Assembly: GCA_045126575.1 (NCBI GenBank)
Contig: JBGVOQ010000006.1
Location: 36,498-100,497 of the forward strand
DNA length: 64,000 bases
Source: Candidatus Onthoplasma sp.
Lineage (GTDB): Bacteria > Bacillota > Clostridia > Christensenellales > UBA1242
Reading direction: 5' to 3'
Shown here one piece after another: positions 1 to 7,530 of this stretch. The first letter of the stretch is position 1; every line of letters begins with the position of its first letter. A program made the position numbers and the translations under genes. The notes under the pieces were generated by a model, which worked only from the letters and a program-made list of their open reading frames with translations, was not told where the DNA came from and did not search any database.

Positions 1-46
1 CATTTCAAAGAGCCTCGTGTCAAGAACACCATGGAATAAATAGCCA

Positions 47-1555
47 TCATATATGATAGTAAACATATAGTTCTTCTTCAATATTTTCATATTGATTTTT
101 GGATAAGATAGAGAAAAACGATTTATGATAATAAAAAAGCGAGTCCATAGTATCTGGACTCGTTTTTAATGGTGTATTAAAATAAATTTCTAATCTATCG
201 TTATAAACTATGATTTGCTTGATTAAGTTATCTATAATCATTTCAGGTTCTAATTTTATAGCTTCTATAAAATATTGCTTAACATCTTCCCTAGATAGAA
301 TTAATGATGTTTTAGTTTTTTCAATTAAGATATGCCTTTCTAATTCGTCTAACTTTTCTTCTAACTCTTTCATTCTAATACTTGTAGTTCTATTTACTAC
401 TCCTAATTCAATTGCTTTTAGTATATTGTTGAGTTGTGTTTGAGTTTGTCTTTGTTCTTTTATCAAATACTCTAACATTGAATTTTCAGTTTTTGACAAA
501 GATTGAACTTCTAATATTTTATCAATCATCATATCCATAATGTTTGGTTTAGATATTTCTTTGATTATGGTTTTCATTATAAACGTTTCTAAAAATTCTT
601 TTCTTATTGTTTTGCTTTCGCATTCACCATGATATTTTTTACGACTTAAACATTTATAGTAATGAATAACCTTCTTCAATTTTGAAGTGCTACCTGACGA
701 ACTTATTGGCTTACCACAATAACCACAAGTTAGTTTATTTCTTAATAGAAATTTATTTCTAATACTTTGTTTACCTACAAAGTTTATTTTTGTTTTTGCT
801 TTAACTTTGTTGTATAATTCTTTATCAATAATTTTAGGATACATATTTATTATAATCTCATCTTCGTGTCTATATATCCCTGTGTATTTCTCATTTTTAA
901 GTATATTGTAAATAGTATTAGACGCAAATGGTTTATCTTTATACAATACACCTTTACTTGTCAAATTATCTATTATATTTCTTACATATAAGCCAATTGA
1001 ATATTGTTCAAAGATATATTTTACAATTTCTGCTTTTTCTTCGTCAATAATAAGTTTTTTATCTACGACTTTATAACCATAAGGAACACCACCACCTTGA
1101 TAGTTTCCTTTTAATCTACTTTCGTGCATTCCACGTCTAATTTTTTGTGCTAATTCTGCTGAATAATATTGATTCATGCCTTCAAGCAAAGATTCAAGTA
1201 TAATCCCTTCTGGCGAGTCTGGTATGTTTTCCATAGCTGAAATAAGTTTAACGCCATTTCTTTCTAATGTTTTCTTATGAACAACACTTTCATATTTATC
1301 TCTTGAAAATCTATCAAGTTTATATACTAAAACATAGTTCCATTGTTTTTTATGGCTATCTTTTAGCATTTGTTGAAAATCTGGACGCTTGTCATTTGTT
1401 CCCGTCATAGCACGGTCAATATATGTTTGCACTATGAGAATATTATTCTTTTTTGCATATTCTTCACAAACTCTCAATTGTCCATCAATAGATTGTTCGG
1501 TTTGACTATCACTTGAATACCTTGCATATATAACTGCTGTTTTCATTTTTTTCAC
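47..1555 (-). CDS. Large serine recombinase (resolvase/invertase N-domain + recombinase domain + Cys zinc-ribbon + coiled coil)
   Basis: N-terminus AVIYARYSSDSQ...SIDGQ (catalytic Ser motif), YKLDRFSRD, central recombinase domain, CGYCG...YYKC...C Cys cluster, 502 aa. Confidence 0.9.
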   Translation of the reverse strand: MKKMKTAVIYARYSSDSQTEQSIDGQLRVCEEYAKKNNILIVQTYIDRAMTGTNDKRPDFQQMLKDSHKKQWNYVLVYKLDRFSRDKYESVVHKKTLERNGVKLISAMENIPDSPEGIILESLLEGMNQYYSAELAQKIRRGMHESRLKGNYQGGGVPYGYKVVDKKLIIDEEKAEIVKYIFEQYSIGLYVRNIIDNLTSKGVLYKDKPFASNTIYNILKNEKYTGIYRHEDEIIINMYPKIIDKELYNKVKAKTKINFVGKQSIRNKFLLRNKLTCGYCGKPISSSGSTSKLKKVIHYYKCLSRKKYHGECESKTIRKEFLETFIMKTIIKEISKPNIMDMMIDKILEVQSLSKTENSMLEYLIKEQRQTQTQLNNILKAIELGVVNRTTSIRMKELEEKLDELERHILIEKTKTSLILSREDVKQYFIEAIKLEPEMIIDNLIKQIIVYNDRLEIYFNTPLKTSPDTMDSLFYYHKSFFSILSKNQYENIEEELYVYYHI

Positions 1556-1576
1556 TCCTTTTATTTCAGTTATTTG

Positions 1577-1719
1577 TCTTTCGACGGAGCGAAAATAAAC
1601 GAATTAGCCGAAGAGTTGTCATAGGCTGTCGTTCAAATATTAAATTGTTAAAGTTTCTAGACACTTTGCTTTGGCCTTGACAACGGAGCTAATTCGTTTA
1701 CGCTCCACAAGGCGAAAGA
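1577..1719. repeat. Long imperfect inverted repeat (about 50-nt arms, about 45-nt loop) that fills the Rep-recombinase intergenic space
   Basis: Left arm tctttcg..gagcg..taaacgaattagc..ttgtca pairs with right arm tgacaa..gctaattcgttta..cgctc..cgaaaga. It contains the motif ggagcgaa, which is also found in the 3088-3147 hairpin. Confidence 0.6.
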
Positions 1720-1723
1720 TAAA

Positions 1724-2647
1724 TTAGTTTGCTTTTGGCATTTGGTCTATAACTTCTTTACTTACCTTTCCAATCAACACACCTTCGTCCCAGCAATTAA
1801 AATCATCAAATAGTAAAAGTTTTTTATCTTCATTTCCAATAGTACAAACAACGTCTTCGTCCATAATGTCTGAAACAAAATAAGTTGCTATTCCTTTTGA
1901 ATAAACAATTCTCTCGCCAGATTTTTCCATGTACTTTGTTAAATAATTAACAGCCTGTGCTAATTCTCGTTCGTCTATTGGCTGAAAATCATTTCTTCCA
2001 AACTTCTCTAAAAAGTGAGAGTTTTGATAAGTTATTTGCATTTTATGATTTTTAGTGCTAAAATCTCGTTTTTCTTCAAACTCGCCAATCATTATTGGTG
2101 TATATACAAGAGCATGAAAGTGCAATCTATCATTTTCAGGACTACGTTCCCAAACTCCAACATATTTCCAACCTTTGCGATTGGCTAGATGTTTTAAAGT
2201 ATTGCTTAATTTTTCTCTAAAACTTTGTTCAGTGTGCTTATTGTTATCATAAGTAAAAGTACAAAAGTATGACCACTTGTTTAAATTTATCTTTCTATAT
2301 AGTCTTTTCTTACGTTCAATTAAGTTTCTTTTCTTTTTCGATAAATTACTTTCAATAAATTCATTTAATATTTGTTCATTTTCAATATACGGCTTTAAGC
2401 CTTTAACTAATTCTTCAATTACATTATGTTGCTTTTTGTCCTTATTTTCTTTATACAGCTCTTCAAAAAGCTCTTTTACATCAATCGCTGTTGTCATCAC
2501 TTCGCTATCATTATTGCTTTTCATGACTAAATTTGTTTGTTTTTTAGATTGACGTTTCGACTTGGGTTTTCTGCTTAACTGCAATTCTTTCGGTATTGCT
2601 ATATAATGACTTCCGTCAAAATATACTTTTGCACCACCAAACGACAT
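1724..2647 (-). CDS. HUH-superfamily rolling-circle replication initiator / Rep-like relaxase (two-Tyr, phiX174-gpA-like motif 3)
   Basis: Motif 1 FCTFTY, motif 2 HFHALVY (HUH), motif 3 YLTKYMEK (YxxKY). Confidence 0.8.
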   Translation of the reverse strand: MSFGGAKVYFDGSHYIAIPKELQLSRKPKSKRQSKKQTNLVMKSNNDSEVMTTAIDVKELFEELYKENKDKKQHNVIEELVKGLKPYIENEQILNEFIESNLSKKKRNLIERKKRLYRKINLNKWSYFCTFTYDNNKHTEQSFREKLSNTLKHLANRKGWKYVGVWERSPENDRLHFHALVYTPIMIGEFEEKRDFSTKNHKMQITYQNSHFLEKFGRNDFQPIDERELAQAVNYLTKYMEKSGERIVYSKGIATYFVSDIMDEDVVCTIGNEDKKLLLFDDFNCWDEGVLIGKVSKEVIDQMPKAN

Positions 2648-2779
2648 TTAACTTTGCCTTTTAGCACCTTTTTTCAAGTCAATAATATTTTCTAAAATCT
2701 TTGTATAGAAAATATTGCTAAAAATACTTACGTCAATCTCATTTTTAAAAATCCTTTTTTGTAAATTATTTTTCTTCAT
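2648..2779 (-). CDS. Small 43-aa ORF whose stop overlaps the Rep start (TAAATG); function unknown
   Basis: My own translation gives MKKNNLQKRIFKNEIDVSIFSNIFYTKILENIIDLKKGAKRQS. The only support is positional coupling to Rep; the ORF is below the track cutoff. Confidence 0.2.
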   Translation of the reverse strand: MKKNNLQKRIFKNEIDVSIFSNIFYTKILENIIDLKKGAKRQS

Positions 2780-2867
2780 ATAGTTTTTTTGTAATGGCAA
2801 AAACTATTATTGTAATTACAATGAAAGAGAAGTTTTGTAATTTGAATAAAAGGAAATTCACAATGTT

Positions 2868-2886
2868 GCAATTGATAATCAATTGC
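2868..2886. promoter_or_regulatory. Perfect 9-1-9 palindrome gcaattgat-a-atcaattgc upstream of the Rep operon (possible operator or iteron)
   Basis: Read directly from the sequence. A second 12-bp palindrome, ttgtaattacaa, lies nearby at about 2808-2820. Confidence 0.3.
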
Positions 2887-2992
2887 CAAATCATCATAGC
2901 ACATAAATATTTGAAAGTAAATGCCTACTGACAAAATATGTCAATTTTATATAAAGTTAGTGCACATAACAAACAAAACGTTTTGATAATGA

Positions 2993-3147
2993 CGAAAACG
3001 GAAGAAAAAATGGAGTTTCGCAGAAAGCCTGCGTGCGAACTCCATTTTCCGTTTTCGGTTTAGTTTGCTTCCGTTAAAGTTTGTTTAGTGGCGTGTACTT
3101 GTTGGCGGAGCGAAGCGACGCCACTTGTATTAACAAGTACACGCCAC
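2993..3147. repeat. Two long DNA hairpins (2993-3057 and 3088-3147) between the Rep operon and the cargo gene; candidate rolling-circle origin / oriT / single-strand origin
   Basis: Hairpin A: cgaaaacgg..aaaatggagtt..cgcag/ctgcg..aactccatttt..ccgttttcg. Hairpin B: gtggcgtgtacttgtt...aacaagtacacgccac, with inner ggcg/cgcc and loop motif ggagcgaa. No T-run follows, so these are not canonical terminators. Confidence 0.5.
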
Positions 3148-3174
3148 GGTGCCATTTTAATAAATTATTAATTT

Positions 3175-4773
3175 TTAATCTAGTATTTGCATAATTAAAT
3201 AAGCATCCGTACCCCAATCACATAATTCTTTTTCATCTTTTCCAACAATGTCGCCAACTTTGTGCCCCAGTAAATATTGTGCGAGAGCACAAGATGAATG
3301 TATTTCTTTAAATTCTTCCAAGTCATTTCCACTAAATGTATCAACTATAATAAAACCCTTGGCTTGAAGATTTTTAATATCATAAATGATAACTTTAATA
3401 TCTTTTGATACTTTTTTGTTGTGTTTTTTAGCTATTGTTTTACCATCAACTTCTTCAATATCATATCCAAACTGTTTTTCAGTTTTAACAATAAATTCTT
3501 CAAAATGAAATGTATTAGGGGCTTCTTTTTTTGCAAAATCAAAGGCATTATTAAAATTAAAAAGTTGATTATCATTTTCAATTTGGATGGTTGGGGTATA
3601 TATAGATTCGTTATCAAGGTTTGTTATTTCACCTTTCATAAAATAACCATATTTAATTATGTTTTCATTTTCATCAAGGTATACACCATATCCATTAGAT
3701 GCTGGATGTTTTATAGCTGAACTTTCTTCTTTAAGTTGTTCAATGTCTCCATAATATTTTAAATTTCCATTTGGATAGAAAAATGAATGAGGATTAGGAC
3801 ACTTATTACCATTAATAATAGAATCATCATTTAATCCATAATAATCACATCTTTCCTTAAATATTTTACAATCCAAGGCATGCCTTAAATACCAAGCAAC
3901 TTCATGTTCTCCAACGACCTCACATCCAGAATTATCAGCATACAATAATAAATTAGAAGAATTTGCATTTACATACATCCATGCTCTACCACATTCAGGA
4001 TATCTTGTTAATTTCCCTTTTAATATTCCCAGCTCTTCCATAAAATGTATGGGTCTATCATAAATTGGATTTAGCCAAATTAAAAATTTTTCTTCATCTC
4101 TCGTTGCTATAAATATGTTATTTTCATTAGTTTTTTCGAATTTTGTAAATCCTATAAGTTCCAAATACGTTTTTGCTCTCTCTTCCATATATCTCAATGA
4201 AAGTGTTGGATGATAGTCAATTTTATCTAGGGTTCTTTCAAATGCTGTATTATTTATATATTCATTATATTTCTCAACTGCATTTTTATAATTTGTTAAT
4301 GACTTTTCAAGGTCTTTATCAATATATTTATATTTATCTATTTTTGAATCCGATAAATATTCATAAGTTATCTCCGACTCAAAATATTTCCTTGAACACC
4401 AGTATATAAGAATAGGAATTCCAATGGATAGTCCTAAAAATAATGCGCCGAGATTGCTTGAAGTGTTCGTAAACGTTAAGATTACAAATAAGATAGTAAT
4501 ACATGTATTAACTGTGTTGGATATTTTCATCTTAGAATCAAATTCTTTACGTTGTTTAGAATATTTCTTATTATTTGAATCTATTTTCTTTTTTTCTAGT
4601 TCTTCTGCTTTCTCTAATTGTTTTATTGATTTATCGTAAATATCTTGCGATTCATCTGTTAAACCAAAATATTCTAATTTAGGTTCAAAAACATAGTATT
4701 TGTTTCTCAATACTTCAAAATATATATTTTTAGATTTGTTTTTGTTTTCAATAATAGAATCTTTAACTTCCAC
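3175..4773 (-). CDS. 532-aa multidomain membrane protein: N-terminal charged helix, 2-TM hairpin, nuclease-like (PD-(D/E)xK?) segment, MORN-like repeats, GreA/GreB-C-like C-terminus
   Basis: TM hairpin at about aa 88-130 (ITILFVILTF...LGALFLGLSIGIPILIYW). Other segments: YLELIGF..IFIATRDEEKFLIWL; GYGVYLDENENIIKYGYFMKGE; IIYDI..GFIIVD..ALAQYLLGHKVGDIVG. Domain calls are by eye only. Confidence 0.6.
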   Translation of the reverse strand: MEVKDSIIENKNKSKNIYFEVLRNKYYVFEPKLEYFGLTDESQDIYDKSIKQLEKAEELEKKKIDSNNKKYSKQRKEFDSKMKISNTVNTCITILFVILTFTNTSSNLGALFLGLSIGIPILIYWCSRKYFESEITYEYLSDSKIDKYKYIDKDLEKSLTNYKNAVEKYNEYINNTAFERTLDKIDYHPTLSLRYMEERAKTYLELIGFTKFEKTNENNIFIATRDEEKFLIWLNPIYDRPIHFMEELGILKGKLTRYPECGRAWMYVNANSSNLLLYADNSGCEVVGEHEVAWYLRHALDCKIFKERCDYYGLNDDSIINGNKCPNPHSFFYPNGNLKYYGDIEQLKEESSAIKHPASNGYGVYLDENENIIKYGYFMKGEITNLDNESIYTPTIQIENDNQLFNFNNAFDFAKKEAPNTFHFEEFIVKTEKQFGYDIEEVDGKTIAKKHNKKVSKDIKVIIYDIKNLQAKGFIIVDTFSGNDLEEFKEIHSSCALAQYLLGHKVGDIVGKDEKELCDWGTDAYLIMQILD

Positions 4774-4846
4774 CTATTGTCTCCTTTGTATATTATAATT
4801 ATATCAAAAAATTTACCAATTTTCAATAAGATTAAAAAAATATATT

Positions 4847-5329
4847 TCAATATTTATATATACTTGGGCTTTTAATAAATAAATTAATAATCTCTTTTTT
4901 CTTTTGTTTAGCGTATTTCAATGTTTTATAAGCACCAGAGTTTTCTCGTTCTTCAACGTAGAATATAACTATATCGCTTTTGTCAATCATGGCACAATTA
5001 CGATAATATATTCTTTGATACCACCAATCAAACTCTAAATCTAAATAAACAAACTCTTCATAATCTTCACTTTTTAACCATTTCGGTCGTTTGTTTATTC
5101 TTAAATGGCGTGGGTCAGATAAACAAAATATTCTTTTTATATGTCTATAAGTTAATTTTAATTCGCTAACAATCTTGTGGCATAGTTCATCAAACATTCC
5201 AAAACCGCCAAAGTAAAAATACTCACAACCCTTTTTAATTAAATCTTCCATTGTTTCAAATAGTTTATTTTCAAGTGTTTTTGTTATCTCTATTATGCTA
5301 TGTCCAAACACTGAACAAGTTTTAATCAT
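4847..5329 (-). CDS. SLOG-superfamily protein, YpsA/DUF1273-like (prophage YoqJ-like)
   Basis: From the internal Met: MIKTCSVFGHS...KGCEYFYFGGFGMFDEL...YRNCAMIDKSDIVIFYV...SGAYKTLKYA. The upstream 35 codons of the track ORF overlap the operator region and were trimmed. Confidence 0.6.
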   Translation of the reverse strand: MIKTCSVFGHSIIEITKTLENKLFETMEDLIKKGCEYFYFGGFGMFDELCHKIVSELKLTYRHIKRIFCLSDPRHLRINKRPKWLKSEDYEEFVYLDLEFDWWYQRIYYRNCAMIDKSDIVIFYVEERENSGAYKTLKYAKQKKKEIINLFIKSPSIYKY

Positions 5330-5340
5330 AATTCGCCTTT

Positions 5341-5441
5341 TATGGTTATTCACAACCATACAAAGTATAGCATAAAATATGGTTGTATGCAACCATAAAT
5401 AAAAATTTTCTTTTAGTAAAATATAGTTATACACAACTATA
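5341..5441. promoter_or_regulatory. Three 7-6-7 inverted-repeat operators (TATGGTT-N6-AACCATA at 5341-5360 and 5378-5397; TATAGTT-N6-AACTATA at 5422-5441) in a divergent promoter region
   Basis: Read directly from the sequence. They lie between the divergent SLOG-operon and XRE gene starts, the classic geometry of a CI/Cro-type switch. Confidence 0.55.
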
Positions 5442-5454
5442 AGGAAATAAAATT

Positions 5455-5700
5455 ATGAATAATAGTGTCAATAGAGCGGTAGCTTTAAGAATAAGTCAAT
5501 TATTAAAAGAACAGAACATAACTCAATATAGATTAGCAATGAATAGTGGATTAACTCATTCTACATTAAAAAATATCATTCACGAAACCGTGAAAGATAA
5601 TTTGCTATCTACTATAATTTTAATTGCGTCAGGTTTTAACATGACTGTTAGCGAGTTTTTAAATAGTCCTTTATTTTTAGAAGAAAACCTTAATATTTAA
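5455..5700 (+). CDS. XRE-family helix-turn-helix transcriptional regulator
   Basis: LRISQLLKEQNITQYRLAMNSGLTHSTLKNI (HTH_3 pattern), 81 aa. Confidence 0.85.
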   Translation: MNNSVNRAVALRISQLLKEQNITQYRLAMNSGLTHSTLKNIIHETVKDNLLSTIILIASGFNMTVSEFLNSPLFLEENLNI

Positions 5701-5713
5701 GGTTTTCTTTTAT
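5683..5713 (+). terminator. Rho-independent terminator of the XRE gene
   Basis: gaaaaccttaa-tat-ttaaggttttc followed by a T-run. Confidence 0.6.
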
Positions 5714-5721
5714 TATAGCAT

Positions 5722-5750
5722 AAAAAAACTAAATCGTGGGTGCGATTTAG
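5722..5750 (-). terminator. Rho-independent terminator downstream of tRNA-Lys(CTT)
   Basis: ctaaatcg-tgggtg-cgatttag, with an A-run on the plus strand (a T-run on the minus strand). Confidence 0.6.
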
Positions 5751-5758
5751 CTTTGGAT

Positions 5759-5834
5759 TGGTGGACGATCGGGGACTCGAACCCCGGACCCACTGATTAA
5801 GAGTCAGTTGCTCTACCAACTGAGCTAATCGTCC
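5759..5834 (-). tRNA. tRNA-Lys (anticodon CTT), CCA encoded
   Basis: The reverse complement folds as a cloverleaf: acceptor GGACGAT/ATCGTCC, anticodon stem ACTGA/TCAGT, loop CTCTTAA, T-loop GGTTCGAGTCC. Confidence 0.95.
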
Positions 5835-5849
5835 ATAAGTTACTCGTAT

Positions 5850-5878
5850 ATATTAGCACAAGTATTGGGCAAAGTCAA
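5850..5878 (-). promoter_or_regulatory. Sigma-A-type promoter for tRNA-Lys(CTT)
   Basis: Minus strand reads TTGACT-17 nt-TAATAT, ending about 15 nt upstream of the tRNA 5' end. Confidence 0.5.
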
Positions 5879-6032
5879 CACAATTTTACAAATTTTTTAA
5901 AAAATTTATTAAAATCTGTACATTTACGTAAAATGAATGCTAAATGCTAGGTTGTTAATGGCTATTATGATTAAATTTACTTTACTACTTATAAAATAAC
6001 CTTTGCTTGCATACAATATTGGTGAGGTAGAT

Positions 6033-7097
6033 ATGAAAAAAAGTGGTAAGACAATTTGCTTTACTGGTGGTGGAACATTGGGTCACGTTATGCCTAACCT
6101 TTATTTGGCGGAAGAATTAAAACAATACAAACAAATGTATATCGGAACAAATGGGATTGAAAAGGAACGTGTTAAATCGGCTGGTATTGACTTTTATGAA
6201 ATTAGGGCAACTAAGTTAAGGCGTGGAAAATTTTTTGTTAATCTGCGTGTACCATTTGAATTGGTTAGGGCAATCAAACAGGCGAAAAAGATACTTAAAC
6301 AGCAAAAGCCTGACCTAGTTGTGTCAAAGGGTGGATTTGTGGCGCTACCTGTATGCATTGCGGCAAGGAAATTGCGTATACCAATAATATCACACGAAAG
6401 CGACTATTCGTTTGGGCTTGCCAACAAGATTATACTGCACTTTAGTAATATTATGTGTGTGAACTACGAACACCTTGAGAATAAAAAGAAGAATATAATA
6501 TACACAGGACCCATAATATCAAATGCTTTTAAGTATTCTAACATTAAGGCAAATATTAAACTTGATATTGATGTAAATAAGCCTACGGTGTTGGTTATCG
6601 GCGGAAGTTCAGGCTCTAGGGTTATTAATCAAGCCGTATGGGACGACTTAAGCATGCTATGTAAAAGGTACAATATTATACACCTAACCGGTAAGGGAAA
6701 TTTATCTAAAAATAAGGCGGCAAATTATAACCAAATTGAAATTACTGATAATGTGCCATATCTTTTAAGTATCAGTGATTTGGTAGTGGGTAGGGCAGGC
6801 GCAGGAGTTGTATTTGAATGTGCATATATGCATAAGCCTATGCTTTTAATACCGTTGCAGAATAGTGGCTCTCGTGGCGACCAAGTGCAAAATGCAAGGT
6901 ATTTTTACAATCTTGGATGTGCACGCATACTTGAAGAATTTAAATTAAGCGCCTCAACCCTGATTAAGAGTATAGAACTTGCACTTCCAAACATTAAGGA
7001 AATGACGGCAAATTTAAAAAAGTTAGATGTTAGTAGCGGTAAAGAAAAGATGTTAAAACTAATCGATTCACAGTTAAAATTAACCACAAGGCAATAA
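6033..7097 (+). CDS. murG: UDP-N-acetylglucosamine--N-acetylmuramyl-(pentapeptide)-pyrophosphoryl-undecaprenol GlcNAc transferase
   Basis: FTGGGTLGHVMPN, GGSSGS, RGDQVQNA motifs as in streptococcal/enterococcal-type MurG. Start set at the ATG preceded by ggtgagg. Confidence 0.85.
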   Translation: MKKSGKTICFTGGGTLGHVMPNLYLAEELKQYKQMYIGTNGIEKERVKSAGIDFYEIRATKLRRGKFFVNLRVPFELVRAIKQAKKILKQQKPDLVVSKGGFVALPVCIAARKLRIPIISHESDYSFGLANKIILHFSNIMCVNYEHLENKKKNIIYTGPIISNAFKYSNIKANIKLDIDVNKPTVLVIGGSSGSRVINQAVWDDLSMLCKRYNIIHLTGKGNLSKNKAANYNQIEITDNVPYLLSISDLVVGRAGAGVVFECAYMHKPMLLIPLQNSGSRGDQVQNARYFYNLGCARILEEFKLSASTLIKSIELALPNIKEMTANLKKLDVSSGKEKMLKLIDSQLKLTTRQ

Positions 7098-7184
7098 AAT
7101 TTACTAATGTTTGATTGTATTAAGAGTTATAAGCAATCATTTTTATCAACAAAACACCATAAAAACAAGGTAATTTAAACAAAT

Positions 7185-7264
7185 TTGAAAAAAAATTGAA
7201 AAATTTTGAAAAATTACTTGTTTTTTTCTAAATTATGTTGTATAATGACAAAGTCACGTATAAT
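7185..7264 (+). promoter_or_regulatory. tRNA-operon promoter region: three helically phased TTGAAAA A-tract repeats (UP-like) and tandem -10 boxes
   Basis: TTGAAAA at 7185, 7196 and 7206 (spacing 11 and 10 nt). TTGTTT (7218)-17 nt-TATAAT (7241), with a second TATAAT at 7259. Confidence 0.5.
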
Positions 7265-7278
7265 GACATGACAAAGAT

Positions 7279-7432
7279 GATCCATTAGCTCAGAAGGCAA
7301 AAGCACATGACTTTTAATCATGGGCGACTGCGTTAAGAAACAATTGATAATTGTTTTAGCACAAAGCGGGAGCAACAATGTTGCGGTCCGGTTCCGACAG
7401 GAAGGCCCGGGTTCCCGGGACACCAAGTTAAC
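7279..7432 (+). pseudogene. tRNA-Lys(UUU)-like chimeric element: acceptor 5' strand, altered D-arm and intact anticodon arm, then an insert of about 95 nt and a shortened T-hairpin; no acceptor 3' strand
   Basis: gatccattagctcag..acatgacttttaatcatgg matches the genuine tRNA-Lys at 7452. It is followed by unrelated structured sequence (aaacaatt-ga-taattgttt, gcaac-aat-gttgc, cccgg-gttc-ccggg). Confidence 0.5.
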
Positions 7433-7451
7433 GGATAAAACATCTTAATAC

Positions 7452-7527
7452 GATCCATTAGCTCAGTTGGTAGAGCACATGACTTTTAATCATGGTGTCC
7501 CGGGTTCAAGTCCCGGATGGGTCACCA
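7452..7527 (+). tRNA. tRNA-Lys (anticodon TTT), CCA encoded
   Basis: Acceptor GATCCAT/ATGGGTC, anticodon loop CTTTTAA, T-arm CCGGG-TTCAAGT-CCCGG. Confidence 0.95.
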
Positions 7528-7530
7528 TAT

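Larger units (their letters stand above)
1..5713. mobile_element. Integrated mobilizable-element-like island (serine recombinase + HUH Rep/relaxase + cargo + XRE switch). The left boundary is at or beyond the window start; the right side abuts tRNA-Lys(CTT).
   Basis: Contiguous block of recombinase, rolling-circle Rep, orphan cargo genes and an XRE regulator. It is visibly more AT-rich than the housekeeping genes to its right and ends just before a tRNA gene. No att sites could be defined from this window. Confidence 0.6.

Noticed and set aside
3175-4773. The 532-aa ORF next to a phiX174-type Rep read as a Microviridae major capsid protein (integrated gokushovirus-like prophage)
   Set aside because: It has a 2-TM hairpin and unrelated domain-like segments, and there are no other microvirus genes (no scaffold or pilot proteins). 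The size match is coincidental.
4847-5434. The full-length 195-aa version of the SLOG ORF
   Set aside because: The first 35 codons run through the operator and promoter region. The conserved domain starts at the internal Met (5329).
7279-7432. Interpretation of the tRNA-Lys-like element as an intron-containing tRNA
   Set aside because: Bacterial tRNA group I introns interrupt the anticodon loop, which is intact here. The insert (about 95 nt) is too short for a group I or group II intron, and no acceptor 3' strand follows.
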